The translations under genes were made by a program, and so were the position numbers. A stretch of DNA of 64,000 nt from Dendrobates tinctorius (lineage: Eukaryota). Every line of letters begins with the position of its first letter. The first letter of the stretch is position 1. Where the stretch lies: assembly GCF_039654945.1 (NCBI RefSeq), contig NW_027361698.1, positions 20,646,001 to 20,710,000 on the forward strand. The letters run 5' to 3'. Positions 39,208 through 52,240 of this stretch are shown here, piece by piece. The notes under the pieces are model-generated. The model searched no databases. It was not told the origin of the DNA and was given only the letters and a program-made list of their open reading frames with translations.

Positions 39208-40143
39208 CTTCGCCAGTAACTTGCTCTTCTCTCCAACCTGCACTTTCTCCTCTACAACCTGTCAAACAAGGGCTGTAGGAACATGCTATATATAGTTTTC
39301 CAGTAGCCAATCCCGTTCGGGAGGCCACAAGGGTCAATTTTAAAAACTGGATCCGGCGTAATCCGTCGAAAAACGGATAGAAAAACGGATGAACCGGATG
39401 AGACGGATCCGGTTTTGTCTGTCCAGAAAAAGACGGATCCGCCAGAAAACCGGATCCGTCACATCCGGTTTTACGAAACATTTGCCGGATCCGGCGTTTC
39501 GGCACGACGCCGGATCGCGCCTGACGCCGAAAACCTGATGTGTGAAAGTAGCCTAAGACGCTGTTAAGTGCCAAGAGAAATTTATTCCAGTCACATGGAC
39601 CGTATGAAATAAACTGGAGAAATTCACTGAATTCTATGGGAGAGTGTTCTAGGCATGCTCTGTGTTCCGTGCAGAGGTCCTTGTGCAGGGAGGGAGAGCA
39701 GGTGAGCTGTAATAATCACTGTTAATGGTGGATCCTGTGTTATCTATATAGAGGCTTTACCCTTTATTTTAATCCTGTGATGATAATAAGATGAAAACTG
39801 AAAAGTTATTTATACAGGACAGTGGGCAGAGTAATAAGCACAAGATATCAGAAACATATTTTTTATTAAAATGGTGACATGAAAATTTAAACTGTTTTTT
39901 TTTGTTTTTTTTTACAAAATGACTTTAATAGGTATTTGTTATTACACATCCCCCTTACAAATTTAATCAGTAATGCTATAAATTAAAATTAACATCTGAA
40001 AAATGATGTTACACCCATAGCATTCGTTTACACTCTGTGGCTCATACGCTGTTGCAAAACTACAAACCAGCATGTTGCTAAAACTATGAGAGCCTGCAGG
40101 TATGCAATTGCCATAGACATGTAAGGTTGTATAAAATCACTAC

Positions 40144-40185
40144 TTTTATTCTCTGGTATTTTTCTGCTGTCAATCTCCTCCTGAC
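40144..40185 (-). CDS. casp6: putative extra casp6 prodomain exon (GQEEIDSRKIPENK)
   Basis: Acceptor tttaacag| with a weak donor |gtagtg. 42 bp, symmetric phase 1-1, open frame. Confidence 0.5.
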
Positions 40186-40732
40186 CTGTTAAATACAGTA
40201 AAATGGTTATATTCTTATGACTTGAAATATACATAAGGCATGAGAATTGTTCATTGCACCATTAGCTATAGGCCGGGATCACACTACCATGTCTGATGCG
40301 AGAACTCGCACGAGTGTTTCGCATCAACACCCGGCGCTGCTGCCGGCACTCAGGACCGGAGCTACGGCTGCATAGAAATACATGCAGCCGCAGCTCCGGT
40401 CCAGTAGTGTGATCCCGGCCATACAGGTACATTATCTAGTATAATTGAGGTATAAGCCCCAATGCACATTAAATGGCTGTTGGCCGAACAACATACAGAA
40501 GTGCTCCTTCAGTCAAGTTTGCCTGTTTTCTGTATCAGAAAGCCTCCAGCTGACACAGTATCCGGCGAGTAATCTCTGGGAAAACAATGCGATCAGCTAA
40601 CCGAAATCAGATATGCCTGATCAACATCTTCCCTGACCATTAGTTTGCCGGTGCCCCTCCATACACATTAGATTATAGGCTGTCAATATCGACAGGATCG
40701 CCAAAATTAGTCTAATGTGTATAAGGGACTTA

Positions 40733-40995
40733 GGGTGTGTGCACACGCTGCGGAATTTTCAGAGCGGATTTTGCAAAATCTGCACGTAAATCCGCAGGTC
40801 AAAAGACCTGCAGTTTATCTGCGGATTAGCCCTGCGGTTTGACACCTGGACAATGGAGTAGGTGTAAAACCGCTGTGGATTCCGCACAAACAAGTGACAT
40901 GCTGCGGTTTTGAAACCGCAGCAAATCCGCGTGGAAAATTCCGCCCCGTGTGCACTGCGGATCCGCAGCAGAATCCGCAGCGTGTGCACACACCC
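40733..40995. mobile_element. Harbinger-type MITE
   Basis: TTA-GGGTGTGTGCACACGCTGCGG ... CCGCAGCGTGTGCACACACCC-TTA. Confidence 0.8.
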
Positions 40996-40999
40996 TTAA

Positions 41000-41310
41000 A
41001 GGGGTTGTCCAGGCTTTTTACAAAATTTTGCAGTCACTCTATGTGACGGCAAACTTGTCATTCCTGGCAGTGTGTGCCGTGAGGATTTCGGTGCCAGCAG
41101 TGAAACCGAGCGTTTATGTGACTACAAGCATGCAATATGCATACTCCCAGTCACATTTCAACTAGAAGTGCTCAGCCTCGCCAGGACAACTGAATGGACT
41201 GAGGTGACGCACCTTGTCCCTGGCCCTTTAAAATCCTTACTGCAAGGATTGACAAGTCTGCAGTCCCGTAGAGTGGCTGCAGACATTCGTGAAAAGCCTG
41301 GACAACCCCT
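41000..41310. mobile_element. T2-type MITE
   Basis: TTAA-AGGGGTTGTCCAGGCTTTT ... AAAAGCCTGGACAACCCCT-TTAA. Related copy at about 17295-17622. Confidence 0.75.
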
Positions 41311-42036
41311 TTAAGACTCTATAAGACTTCTAATGGTGCCCTGTGGGGTCTGATACTATGACATTGGTCAAGTTCTGTAAATTGGACTTCTTTTCCAGCA
41401 TATCTCATAATAACTCAATTTGATGGAGATCCTGGGAATTGGTTGACTAAGTCAATATCTTGGCCTCCTTAACATATTCTTAACATTTTTTTGCAGTGTG
41501 AGCAGGAGTATATCCAGCTGAAGGAGGTCACTTCCATTAGGATTTACCAGTCTGTCATGAAACAATGATTAGGTAGGTGATGTGTGTCAAAGCGGAATCC
41601 CTAGATCTGATCAAGAGTCAGTGAGCGTCTATTTAGCTGGCAGTACCGATTCCGCTTACACAAGATCACGTGGTCATTACAATTTATGGGGGGAAAAAAT
41701 CCACACATTTTAACATAAACTTGATTGTAGATTAAATTCCCTTCAATTCAAATTATCCAATAAATCACAAATACCCAAGTAAATGTTTAATTTAAAACAG
41801 TCTGCCCAGTACCGTGATTGAAGATTCCAGTCAACAAACATGGGATTATTTTAACGGGCTGATCAAATATAAGCAATATCATAAGAATCAAATGTAGCAA
41901 CACATATTTCGAGCCATAAAGCAGAACATACAGAACTTGGGACAGGGGCCTTATAAAGTAGTTAGACATCTTATCTTCTGATTACACTGTAACAAGGATA
42001 AAAAAAAGATCATGCGCAGCGCCACAATGAATATCT

Positions 42037-42374
42037 TCATAAGTTGAGGATCCAAGAAAAGCACTTCTGAGCATCCGCGCTGCTTTAGTGATAAGAATTC
42101 TTCAGAAATCCATATAAATCTTTCAAGTTCTTTATTATATGTACTACAGAAACTACGCGTTTCGAGGTGACAAACCGCACCTCTTCTTCAGGTTACAGTA
42201 CAGAACTCTGTACTGTAACCTGAAGAAGAGGTGCGGTTTGTCACCTCGAAACGCGTAGTTTCTGTAGTACATATAATAAAGAACTTGAAAGATTTATATG
42301 GATTTCTGAAGAATTCTTATCACTAAAGCAGCGCGGATGCTCAGAAGTGCTTTTCTTGGATCCTCAACTTATGA
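42037..42374. repeat. perfect inverted repeat (168-bp arms, 2-nt spacer); Penelope-like inverted pseudo-LTR
   Basis: 42037-42204 is the reverse complement of 42207-42374; no mismatch found by eye. Confidence 0.93.
42208..42271 (+). ncRNA. minimal hammerhead ribozyme (mirror copy on the minus strand at 42140-42203)
   Basis: ..GTAAC-CTGAAGA-A-GAGGTG CGGTTTGT CACCTC-GAAA-CGCG-TA^GTT. Core, 6-bp stem II, palindromic ACGCGT stem III and bulged stem I. Confidence 0.75.
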
Positions 42375-43383
42375 TACCTAGTGGACGCTGTCCACCTGCA
42401 CGAGCTCTGCAGCAGCTATATGACTGCAACAAACGTTGAGAGTGGTTGTGTCTGAACACAACCCATAAAGGGTGAGTACTCCAGAGTACTTTTATATTTT
42501 AATTGATTTATACCAGGTGAAGCCCTATGTCTGCGCCCCCGCCCTTGTTTTCTCTTATACAATGAATATCTTATGACCTTAGTGACTTCCTTTAAATCAT
42601 ATCTCACACAGTATGTCCTTTCAATTTCTAGATGTGTTCAAAGTTTTAGCCAGAATATAGTGGAACGGTCTCAGAATGTTGTGCAAGAATTTCTTACTTT
42701 TAAAATCATTAGTCATTCCAATGTCATGTTGTTTCCAGCTCAGTAAAGATGGACTTTCTACCGTCAGTGGATTACTTTATGGGATGATAAGAAAGGAAGC
42801 ACAAATATTGATTTTATACTGAACTCCATTACAGGAGAGAAGAAAGTGAAAATTGGCGTAATACTAGGCTAAAGTTTCTTGGTTCTACAACTATACTTTG
42901 TATGTCTGTGATCCAATCACACCAAAGGGAAGATGCTTAGCCGTACATTGGGACTGTGTCAGATATTCTATATATCAAAAAGATTTGTTGCATCCGAATT
43001 GTAAGCACTATGGATCATGTTGGCTCTCTATAAAGAAAACTTATTATGATTATTATAGATCTAGCTCAGATACAATATTGTGAATTATAATAAACGTAAA
43101 AGTTGTTGTCCCACAAATATAACTTATCCTGTAGGTAGGTGATAAGTGACTAATCACTGGGGGTCATGGCCATGCTATGAATTTGGAATTTTAACTGACT
43201 TTTTTCACTGGATTACTATTATTCACTAATAATAAAATATATATTTAAAAAAAAAAAAAAAAAGTTAGTGAAGCTGGATTTTCTGCTTTTCCTGCTAATG
43301 ATTGTGTCCAGGCATAGACGCGTCAGTGCTCTGAACTACATGGGAATCCTATGATGGTGAACTGGATCTTTTTCTACTTGTTA

Positions 43384-43838
43384 GGGCAGTTTCACACGTC
43401 AGTATCTCCGGTACGTGTAGTGACAGTTTTCTCACATACCGGAGACACTGACACACGTAGACACATTCTAATGAATGTGTCTATGCAGATGTCAGCGTGT
43501 TTTCACGGACCGTGTGTCCGTGTGCAAAACACGCTGACATGTCCGTTTTTGTGCAACAGCACGGATCACACGGACCCATACAAGTCAATGGGTCCGTGTA
43601 AACATGTACCGCACACGAATGCTGTCCGTGTGCTGTCCGTGTGCGATCCGTGTGCGTTTTTAAAAGTCAAAGGGTTAACATTGAAAATAATTTTTCAAAA
43701 ACACGGACACGGACACACAGACAGCATACGGACAGCACACGGATGGTACACACGGACATACGGATAGCACACGGATGTCACACGGATGGCATACGTATGC
43801 ACACAGACACACGGACAGCTGGACGTGTGAAACTGCCC
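43384..43838. mobile_element. Harbinger-type MITE
   Basis: TTA-GGGCAGTTTCACACGTC ... GACGTGTGAAACTGCCC-TTA. Confidence 0.8.
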
Positions 43839-44459
43839 TTATACAACTTTACTGACGACAGGTAATAAGTTGTAATTGTGGGACCACCCCTTCAACATGT
43901 CCATTTAATGATAAAACAGCAATTTCAGCAGAGCAGTTTCCAAGGTGAAATATTGCTATGTGCCACGATGAGTTTTTGATGCTGTGTATTTTCGCTGCTT
44001 CAAAAATGCAACATCTTACAGTTCCAGCACAGTGGATGGGATTTATAGAAATCTCATAGCCACCGGGCTTCTTTTTTATTCTGCATAAACTGACCTGCGG
44101 TGCATGTTTACAATTCACAACATGTCAATTTCTCTTGCGGGTGCATCAAATTTTATGTGCAAGTTTTAAAACCCCATAGAACTAAATTAGATGTGAGAAA
44201 TCTGCAGGTAAAAAAGGCCTATGTATTTTTTTAAATTACACGCAAGCCACATATGACTTTATCAATAAGGTTTTCTCAAAGCCAAATACCAGGAAATATA
44301 AAAAAAGTAGATTTATTTCAAGTATGCCATACCAAAAAGAGACACAAACCACAGCGTCAAAAATGCAATGAAAAACCGCAAGTAACCTAATTTACCTGAT
44401 AGGTGCTGAAAATGTGCAACATCAAAAACTCAAATACTCATCGTAGGAAAGTAGCCTAA

Positions 44460-44817
44460 GGCCGGGGTCACACTGGCGAGGAATACGGCCGAGTGAGAGG
44501 CGCTAAAAGCACGCATTAGACACGGACCGATGATTCTCTATGGGGTCCCTCGCACCAGCCGTATATTTCTCATCCGTATTCTACGCTCCGTGCCAATCGC
44601 AGCATGCTGTGATTGTCAGCGTACTACGGCCATAGTACGCCAATGCAAGTCTATGGGTGCACTAAAAATACGGATTACACACGGACCACACATGTGACTT
44701 GCGAGAAATACGCACCAGGTGTCTTTTAGCAAAGCCGGCAATTCAGTGCGCGATACAGTAAACTCACACTGACAGGTTTAATAAAGAAACGAATGAATAG
44801 ATATAGACACATAGAAT

Positions 44818-44857
<40 letters not shown>

Positions 44858-45119
44858 GCATTCTATGTGTCTATATCTATTCTTTCGTTTGTGTTATAAA
44901 ACCTGTCATAGGGCTCCATTATATGTCCATTTTGCAAGGTGACGAGAAAATCTCAGCATACGGATGCCATACGGATTACATACGGATGCTGACATGCGCA
45001 AAATACACGACCACACCTTGATTACGGATGACATACGGAGCACTGTTTAGGGGCCTGTCATCCGTATTACGCATGTAAAATACTGATTGTATTTTGCGTC
45101 GGTTAGTGTGACCCCGGCC
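44460..45119. mobile_element. Harbinger-type MITE with central (TA)n hairpin
   Basis: TAA-GGCCGGGGTCACACT ... AGTGTGACCCCGGCC-TAA. Confidence 0.8.
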
Positions 45120-46974
45120 TAAGAGTATTGGCACACAGTCTTTTTGAGAAATCTTTTTTTGGAGTGGGTCAGCATCAAAAAGAGTATGACAAAAAATAAT
45201 AAAAGCACTCTTCAAATGCTCAGCCTTTTGAGCATTTTTTCCACATCAGGTTTTGAAAAAAAAAAAACATTTGATGGGAAAAAAAAGTTAATGCTGCTAC
45301 TTTGAAGTGGTTCCTGACGGAATCCGCTGCAAACTAGGCACTGTCCCATCTAAAGACTGCAGAAATGAGTGAGGAAAAAAAATATTCCAAAACACTTCAA
45401 AAACGCTTCAAAATTATTTTAAGGGCTATGTGTACACAGCCTTTTTGCTGATTTTATTTTTGAGGAAACTAAGCAGGACTTCCAAGTTTTTTTTTTAGGA
45501 GGATTTGAAGTTTCCTTTAGTTTCTGCTCAAAATCTCCTAAAAACCCCCTCCAGGTGCACATAACCAGGAAACTAAAAACGCAGCCAAAAACTCCCCAAA
45601 AAATTAGCTTTTCCTGAAGTGGTTTTCACTGGAAACGCCTTTTAAACACCTCAAAAGATTATATTTCTTGGATAATAAAGTATTTACCCACAAAAATAGA
45701 ACAATTCTTTATATTGTTAAAAAAAAAAACTATTTTCAAAAAAAATCCTTCAACTGAGATGCCTTCTTCCACTGCTTTATTGAAAAGAACTTATACAGTA
45801 AGAAAGAAAATAGGCCTCAACCTGAAATGTGCAAGTATTTTCCCCACCGCCTCTGTGTCACATTGGGCTGAGGTTGTTTTTATTTAGCTCCAGGAATATT
45901 ACCTACACGCTATCATGTAGCTGCGAGAGCCGACATTCCCACAGAGAAGGCAGAGATGGTTTATTACCATCTGTGTCTTCTCCATCACTGCATACACAGT
46001 GCTAATTAAGGATTATGCATGCAATAATAGGAATCGCTAATCCTTCATACACAGTGGTCATGTGATATAGGGAGAAAGAAGAAGCTGCTTTGTCATAGGA
46101 GACCCGTATACCGTAAGTCTGCTATATAACCAAAAAGCTGCATTTCCCTTGTAACTGGGGTTAATATATCAACCCAAGTTGCAAGGAAAGTAAGATGTTG
46201 ATAAAAAAAATATTACTTTATTTCAATGCCCTCCCTTAAAGGTCTTTTATTACCTTATGGGGGGCGCAATGTGTAAAATAAATGAAAAATAAATTGTTCA
46301 ACTCCATGTACAAAAAAACGTTATACTGTACCTAAATAAGAATGGGGGTAAAACAGAACAAGTCCTCTTACCTGTTATCAGACCTCATTATGCAGCTTAT
46401 CTTGTGAATTAGTGTTGTGTAGATTAGTTTATACATGTTTGGCAAATTTCTGTGATTACTCAACTGCCTGACAGAACTGACTGGTTTTTCATCCAATATT
46501 ACTGCATGGTCTATAAAGAATTGAGTGGAGTCCTTTAATAAAGGGAACCTGTCACTATGAACACGCCATCCAATATGTAGGCACCATGTTATAGAGCGGG
46601 GGGAGCTGAGCAGATTGATATATAGTTTTGTGAGAAAAGATTCAGTAGAACCTGTTAGTTCATCATTTACACCTCTGCCCCTTCTGGGGTTTTCAGTCCA
46701 GTGTGCGGTGCTATCAGTGACTGACCGCTAACTCTGTATGCAATCTTATACAAGGAGGCTGTCAGTCACTGATAGGACCGCCTACTGGACTCAAAATACC
46801 AAAATAGAAAGGGCAGAGGTGCAAATGAAAACACGGGTTATACTGTATCTGCATTTGGTTTTGGCTTACACATTCTGAGGTAAAAAAAACTCACCAAATA
46901 CTCAAAATGTGCACGTGGCCTAAGAGAGTGCCTGCAGATTTGAGTGCATTTTCATGGGGACAGTGTTCCATTAA

Positions 46975-49900
46975 AGGGAACCTGTCAGCAGGATTGTGCA
47001 TGGTAACCTACACACAGTGTCAGGCCAGCGCCTTTATACTGATTAATCCCTTAACGACGGCCGATATGACTTTTAACAGCGGCAGTTAAGGATACTTTTT
47101 CCCCAGCGCCGCTTTTTAACGGCGCTGAGAAAAAAGTGTATAATGTCCCCCAGCATCGGAAAATCTCCAGGGTCTTGGCTACTGGTGGTAGCCGAGAGAC
47201 GGGAAAACATGACTTGGGTCGGTTTTTACCGTCCTCAGTGTTCCGATCACCTAGCATATCAGAGAGATAAATGGGGTCCCCCGAGGCTCCCAGTACCTCT
47301 GGCATCCCCAGTACCTCTGGCATCCCCAGTACCTCAGGCTCTGTCCCTCCTTGTCTTCTTCCTGGAAGAACATGGTGGGCGCATGCGCAGTGCCCCCACC
47401 GAGACCTGGCGGCTGGCAGCCGGCAACAATAGGAGATTTTTCCTATTGGTTCATTTTGATCACTGTGATAGACACAGTGATCAAAATAAAAAAATAGTAA
47501 ATCAAACCCCCCTTTATCACCCCCTTAGTTAGGTAAAAAAAAAATAAAAAAAAATATTTTTTTCATTAGGATTAGGGTTGGGATTGTAGCTAGGATTAGG
47601 GTTATGGTTGGGATTATGGTTAGGGTTGGGATTAGGGTTGTGGTTAGGATTAGGGGTGAGTTGGGGTTTTGGCTAGGGCTGTGTTAGTGTTGGAGTTAGA
47701 ATTGGGGGGTTCCACTGTTTAGGTACATTAGGGGGTCTCCAAATGCGACATGCGCCCACCATTGAGTCCAACCAATTTTGCTTTCAAAAAGTCAAATGGT
47801 GCTCCCTCCCTTCTAAGACCTGCCATGCGTCCAAACAGTGGTTTTCCCCCACATATTGGGTGTTGGCATACCCAGGAGAAGTTGCACAACAAATTTTGTG
47901 GTCCATTTTCTCCTGTTACCCGTTTGAAAATAAAGTTTGAGTCTAAAGTAATTGTTTTGTGAAAAAAGTAAAATTTTCATTTTTCCTTCCACATTGCTTT
48001 TGCTGTCGTGAAGCACCTGAAGGGTTAATAAACTACTTGAGTGAGCTGGCACCTGCCTGTAGAAGTTTTTTTTAAGTATATACAGATATTCATTATGCAA
48101 ATTGGGGGCAGGTCACTGAGGGATCAGTGGCCTGTCAGCAGTCTGCATTATGAATACGTAATCGGAGCGCCACATGCAGACGCCCACACCCCCCGCCCAT
48201 ACGCGGTCAGCTGCGCTCACAGGGGAAGCGCAGCTGATCACGGCCAGGTGTCAGCTGTGATAATCACGGACTGCTCCCGGCACATTAACCCCAGGCACAC
48301 TGCGATCAAACATGATTGCAGTGTTCCAGGGGCATAGGGAAGAATCGTGCAGGGAGGGGGTTCCCTGCGTGCTTCACTGAGACCCTAGGAACAATGCGAT
48401 GTGCTCGCGTTGTTCTGAGGGCCTCCTCCCTGCAGGCCCCCGGATCCAAGATGGCCACGGGGGCCTTCAGGGTCCTGCTGAGAGGTGGCTTTCTTAGTGC
48501 CTGCTGAGAGCAGGCGCTGAGAAGCCGCCTGCACTGCCTGTCAGATTGCTGATCTAACACAGTGCTTTGCAAAGTGTCAGATCAGCGATCTGACACTACA
48601 TAGTGATGTCCGACACTGTGACAATGTAAAAAAATAAAAAAAAACAAACAAAAAACACGTGTAAAAATAATTAAAAAAATTCCTAATTAAATACAAAAAG
48701 ATATTCCCTAATAATTCTTTTCTAATGTAAATTAAAAAAAAACAAAACAATAAAAGTACACATATTTAGTATTGCCACGTCCATAACGACCTGCCCTATA
48801 AAACTGTCCCGCTAGTTAACCCCTTTAGTGAACCCCTTAAAAAAAAACCAAGGCAAAAAACAATGCTTTATCATCATACCGCGGAACAAAAAGTGCAATA
48901 ACACGTGATCAAAAAGATGGATATAAACAAACATGGTACTGCTGAAAATGACATCTTGTCCTGCAAAAAAACGAGCCACCATACAGCGGTAATCAGTGAA
49001 AAAATAAAAATGTTATAGCTTGCAGAATAAAGCGATGCAAAAATAATTATTTTTTTATATAAAATTGTTTTTATTGTATAAAAGCGCCAAAACATTAAAA
49101 ATTATGTAAATGAGGTATCGCTGTCATCATACTGACCCAAAGAATAAAACCACTTTATCAATTTTACCACACGTGAAACAGTGTAAACGCACCCCCCCCC
49201 CAAAAAAAAGAAATTAATGAAATGCTGGTTTTTGTCCATTCTGCGTCCCAAAAATCGGAATAAAAAGCGATCAAAAAATGTCATGAGCCCAAAAATGGTA
49301 CCAATAAAGACGTCAACTCGTTCCGCAAAAAATAAGACCTCACATGACTCTGTGTGCCAAAATATGGAAAAATTATAGCTCTCAAAATGTGGTGATGCAA
49401 AAACTAGTTTTTGCAATAAAAAGTGTCTTTTAGCGTGTGACAGCTGCCAAACATAAAAACCCGCTTGAGGTTGTGTGCCCACGTGGTGTTTTTTAAGCGT
49501 TTCCGCAGCGCATTTAGACAAGCGTTTCTGCTGCGGAAACGCTTAAGAAAAGCATCTAATGTAATAGAATGGAAAATGCACATGTTGTGTTAATGGTGCG
49601 TTTTTTTCCGCTGCGGAAACGCTTAGCGGAAAAAAACGCAGCATGTTCATTAATTGTGTGGAATCGCATGCGATTCCGCATACATACACTGTAATTGCAA
49701 AAACGCATGTCAAAACGCTTGAAAATCACGTCAAAAACGCGTGTCAGAAAGCGCATGCGTTTTCCCTGGCAAGGGCATGCGTTTCTGCTCAGGAAAAAAT
49801 GCTTGAAAAACGCTACGTGGGCACATAGCCTTAAATAGTAAATCAAACCCCCTTTATCACCCCCTTAGTTAGGGAAAATAATAAAATTTTTAAAAAATGT

Positions 49901-52122
49901 ATTTATTTCCATTTTCCTATTAGGCTTAGGATTTAGGACTAGGGTTAGGGATTAGGGTTAGGGGTGTGTTGGGGTTAGGGTTAGTGTTAAAATTGGGGGG
50001 TTTCCACTGTTCAGGCATATCAGGGGCTCGCCAAACGCAACATGGCATCTGATCTCAATTCCAGCCAATTCTGCGTTGAAAAAGTCAAACGGTGCTCCTT
50101 CCCTTCCAAGCTCTGCCATGCGCCCAAACAGTGGTTTACCCCCACATATGGGGTATCAGCGTACTCAGGACAAATTGCACAATAAATTTTGGGGTCCAGT
50201 TTCTCCTGTTACCCTTGGGAAAATAAATAATTGGGGGCAAAAGATAACTTTGGTGTAAAAAAAAATGATTTTTTTTATTTTTATGGCTCTACGTTATAAA
50301 CTTCTATGAAGCACTTGTGGGTTGAAAGTGCTCACCACACATCTATATAAGTTCCTTGGGGGGTCTAGTTTCCAAAATGGCATCACTTTTGGGAGTTTCC
50401 ACTGTTTAGGCACATCAGGGGCTCTCCAAATGCGACATGACACCCGCAGACCATTCCATCAAAGTCTGCATTCCAAAACGTCACTACTTCCCTTCCGTGC
50501 CCCCACGTCTGCCCATACAGTAGTTTACTCTCACATATGGGGTATCAGCGTACTCAGGATAAATTGTACGGCAACTTTTGGGGTTCAATTTCTCCTGTTA
50601 CCCTTGGGAAAATAAAAAAATTGGGGAATAAAAGATCATGTTTGTGGAAAAAATGATTTTTTTATTTTCACGCCCGGGCGTTATAAACTTCTGTGAAGCA
50701 CTTGGGGGTTCAAAGTGCTCACCACACATCTAGATAAGTTCCTAGGGGGGGCCTAGTTTCCAAAATGGGGTCAGTCATGGGGGGTTTCCACTATTCAGGC
50801 ACATCAGGGGCTCTTCAAACGTGACATGGCGTCTGATCTCAATTCCAGCCAATTTTGCGGTTGAAAAAGTAAAACAGCGCTCCTTCCCTTCCAAGCTCTG
50901 CCATGCACCCCAAACAATGGTTTACCCCCACATATGGTGTATAAGCATACTCAGGACAAATTGCACAATAACTTTTTGGGTCCTGTTTCCCTTGGGAAAA
51001 TAAAAATTGGGAGTAAAAAGATCATTTTTGTGGAAAAATTATTATTATTATTTTAATTTACGGCTGTACGTTATAAACTTGTGTGAAGCCCTTGGAGGTT
51101 CAAAATTCTCACCACACATCTAGATAAGTTCCTTGGGGGGTCTAGTTTCCAAAATGGTGTCATTTGTGGGGGTTTTCCACTGTTTAGGCACATCAGGGGC
51201 TCTCCAAACGGTGACATGGCGTCCGATCTAAATTCCAGCCAATTTTGCGTTGAAAAAGTCAAACGGTGCTCCTTCCCTTCCGAGCTCTGCCATGCGCCGA
51301 AACAGTGGTTCCCCCCACATATCAGGTATCAGGACAAATTTCACAATAACTTTTGGGATCCAATTTCTCCTGTTACCCTCGGTAAAATAAAAAAAATTGG
51401 ACCTGAAATAATTTTTTTGTGAAAAAAAGTTAAATGTTCATTTTTTTTTTAAACATTCAAAAAATTCCTGTTAAGCACCTGAAGGGTTAATAAACTTCTT
51501 GAATGTGGTTTTGAGCACCTTGAGGGGTGCAGTTTTTAGAATGGTGTCACTTTTGGGTATCTTCTATCATATAGACCCCTCAAAGTGACTTCAAATGTGA
51601 TGTGGTCACTAAATAAAAAATAGTGTTGTAAAAATGAGAAATCGCTGATCAACTTTTAACCCTTATAACTTCCTAATAAAAAAAAAATTTGGTTCCAAAG
51701 TTGTGCTGATGTAAAGTAAACATGTGGGAAATGTTACTTATTAAGTATTTTGTGTGCCAAAATCAAAGTTGGAAAATTGCAAAATTTTCACCAAATTTCC
51801 AATTTTTTCACAAATAAACGCAAGTTATATAAATGAAACATTATAACTAACATGAAGTACAATATATCACAAGAAAAAAAAGTCAAAAACAACAGGATCC
51901 ATGGAAGCGTTCCAGAGTTATTACCTCATAAAGTGACAGTGCTCAGAATTGTAACAATTGGCTCGGTCATTAACATGCAAACCACCCTTGGGGGAGGGTA
52001 AATGGGTAAAGAACAACCATAAGATGGATTTCATCAACCAAGGTATCATTTTAATGAGCATAACGGCGCCGACCTGACACTGTGTGTAGGTTACTGTGTA
52101 CAATCCTACTGACAGGTTCCCT
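46975..52122. mobile_element. T2-type MITE split by piggyBac-like inserts (47047 to about 48040, and about 48190-52006), with a Harbinger MITE at 49469-49830
   Basis: Matching TTAA-flanked TIRs AGGGAACCTGTCAG.AGGATTGT at both ends; inner segments homologous to the 13184 and 29460 elements. Confidence 0.75.
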
Positions 52123-52240
52123 TTAAGTGGATGATGCCAGTTATATGGGCCTACAATTATTGTACACTGCAATCAAGGATGAAATTACAAAAGGAATAAT
52201 GAAGCACAGAGCAATTTTTGGAGTGTAATGTCCACCTCAC

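Larger units (their letters stand above)
34195..39553. mobile_element. autonomous Harbinger/PIF DNA transposon
   Basis: TAA target duplication (34192-34194 and 39554-39556), TIRs GGC(C/T)(T/A)CTTTCACACATCAGGTTTTCG.CGTCAGGCGCGATCCGGCG, subterminal CCGGATCC arrays and two convergent genes. Confidence 0.95.
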
